A DNA stretch of 64,000 bases from Cyanophora paradoxa CCMP329. Its lineage: Eukaryota > Plantae > Glaucophyta. Made by a program: the position numbers and the translations under genes. This document shows positions 63,001 through 64,000 of the stretch, piece after piece (the first letter of the stretch is position 1; each line of letters begins with the position of its first letter). The notes beneath the pieces were generated by a model that was given only the letters and a program-made list of their open reading frames with translations, had not been told where the DNA came from and did no database searches. The stretch covers positions 235,099-299,098 of the forward strand of contig QPMI01000534.1 in assembly GCA_004431415.1 (NCBI GenBank). Direction: 5' to 3'.

Positions 63001-63200
63001 CAGCGGCGTCGAGCTCGGGCCTTCAGCGTCGTTGAGCTGCCTTCGAGATGGAGTGAGCGTCGCCGAGCCCGGCGTTCTGCTGCACGGATCCGGGCCCCGT
63101 GAGCAGCGGGCGCTGGGCGGGATTGCGGCATGGGTGCGCACTTCGACTCGGCAGTAGCGGAGGCGGGAGAGACGCGAACGAATGCACTGCGAGCGTGCTG
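60025..63200 (-). CDS. D5-like superfamily 3 helicase, about 11 exons
   Basis: Spliced D5_N-like LIVSFDDVAVNI; Walker A HLEGLGNTGKST; Walker B LFIHEV; B' KIKTISGHDPVSIEAKNKPP; motif C VWTAGN; Arg finger MSRRLLYLPF; wHTH-like C-terminus GRVWRAF; stop TAG 60025. Start codon uncertain. Confidence 0.85.
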
Positions 63201-63814
63201 CTCCATGCAATCGGCCTCACTGCGCACATGGCAGGTGAGCATGGAGCTGGCACTCGGGCTGTGGTTGCGAGAAAACGAGGCAAATCCCGCGCCCCGGCGG
63301 ACCAGCGACTCGCGTGCACCTTCTTAGTCGATAGAGACGCAAAGCGGATGGCGCGCTCGCAGCCTGGATCGTCCGGGCTCACCGCCGACCTGCGCCCCGC
63401 CGAATTCAAAATCCCGCGACAAGGGTGAGCGGGCGCCGCGCAGGTCGGCTTCAAATGCTTCTAGGATGAGGCTCTGAGGTCGCAGGATCGGCGTGCACCT
63501 CTGTGAGGCGGAGAGAAGCGAAGGTCGGTGCGCGACTTGCCCTCGAACCTTGCGGCGGGCGGCGGGCGACCCTGCGGCGGCACAGTGCGATCGCCGGTCA
63601 AGAGAGCTTTCCGTAGCAACTTTCCGGGCTTCGGGAGCCCACCGTGGCGCGAAATGGCGGTCCGCGGTCCGGAGCACCCCAAGGACGGCGGCGGCGCGAC
63701 CGGCGAGGATGCCGACGAGCTCAGAGCTACCTGCTCTATCGCCTGCTGTGCCGGAGCGACGGCGGGCTCGCTAGTTCAAGAGCAGCTCGAAGCTAAGGGG
63801 GAAGACTGTGGAGG

Positions 63815-64000
63815 GGGGTACGTGTTATGTCCAAATGTCCAAGTGTCCAAGTGTCCAAGTGTCCAAGGCCTAGGCCTAGGCCTACGATGAGCTAGCGCTA
63901 GCTATAGCGGGGTACATGTTATGTCCAAATGTCCAAATGTCCAAATGTCCAAATGTCCAAGGCCTAGGCCTATAGCTACGATGAGCTAGCGCTATAGCTA
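63815..64000. repeat. 94-bp tandem repeat, each unit with five RTGTCCAA 8-mers plus palindromes
   Basis: Units start GGGGTAC at 63815 and 63909; (A/G)TGTCCAA x5, then AGGCCTAGGCCT and TAGCGCTA; array truncated by the window end. Confidence 0.9.

Larger units (their letters stand above)
55179..64000. mobile_element. Putative endogenous virus-like / replicative mobile element (boundaries uncertain, probably extends right)
   Basis: Cluster of three genes from viral/mobile families (HNH, UL9-like, D5-like), an iteron-like array and a lone TE-like terminus; no host genes interspersed. Confidence 0.55.

Noticed and set aside
63815-64000. CRISPR-like or telomeric array
   Set aside because: No unique spacers between repeats and no cas genes; the 8-mer is not a TTAGGG-type telomere repeat.

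Overview
GC-rich, intron-dense eukaryotic nuclear DNA. Short GT/GC-AG introns and a Phe-containing plastid transit peptide (MSAFAVSF...) on a cyanobacterial-type ferredoxin suggest a glaucophyte such as Cyanophora (inference). Most ORF-track entries are shadow ORFs; I reconstructed the genes by manual splicing, so boundaries are approximate. Left half: the 3' part of a multi-pass membrane protein gene, then two oppositely oriented paralogous genes for large modular type-I surface proteins (Ig-like modules, Ser-Pro stalks, FN3-like, SEA-like, TM, Tyr-motif tail). These flank a secreted S8 subtilisin gene (PPC/HYR-like C-terminus) and a MITE cluster. Middle: compact host genes (PWWP+KHA-like, LRR-like, ATP-grasp-like, Fed8-type ferredoxin, SKP1/BTB-like+LRR, TXNDC15/APRL-like thioredoxin, pirin). 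Right end (~55.2-64 kb), the best candidate for an undescribed system: a virus-like replication cassette with a degenerate HNH gene, a herpes UL9-like origin-binding SF2 helicase, a convergent intact and fully intronised D5-like SF3 helicase, and an iteron-like 8-bp repeat array, preceded by a lone hAT-like terminus.
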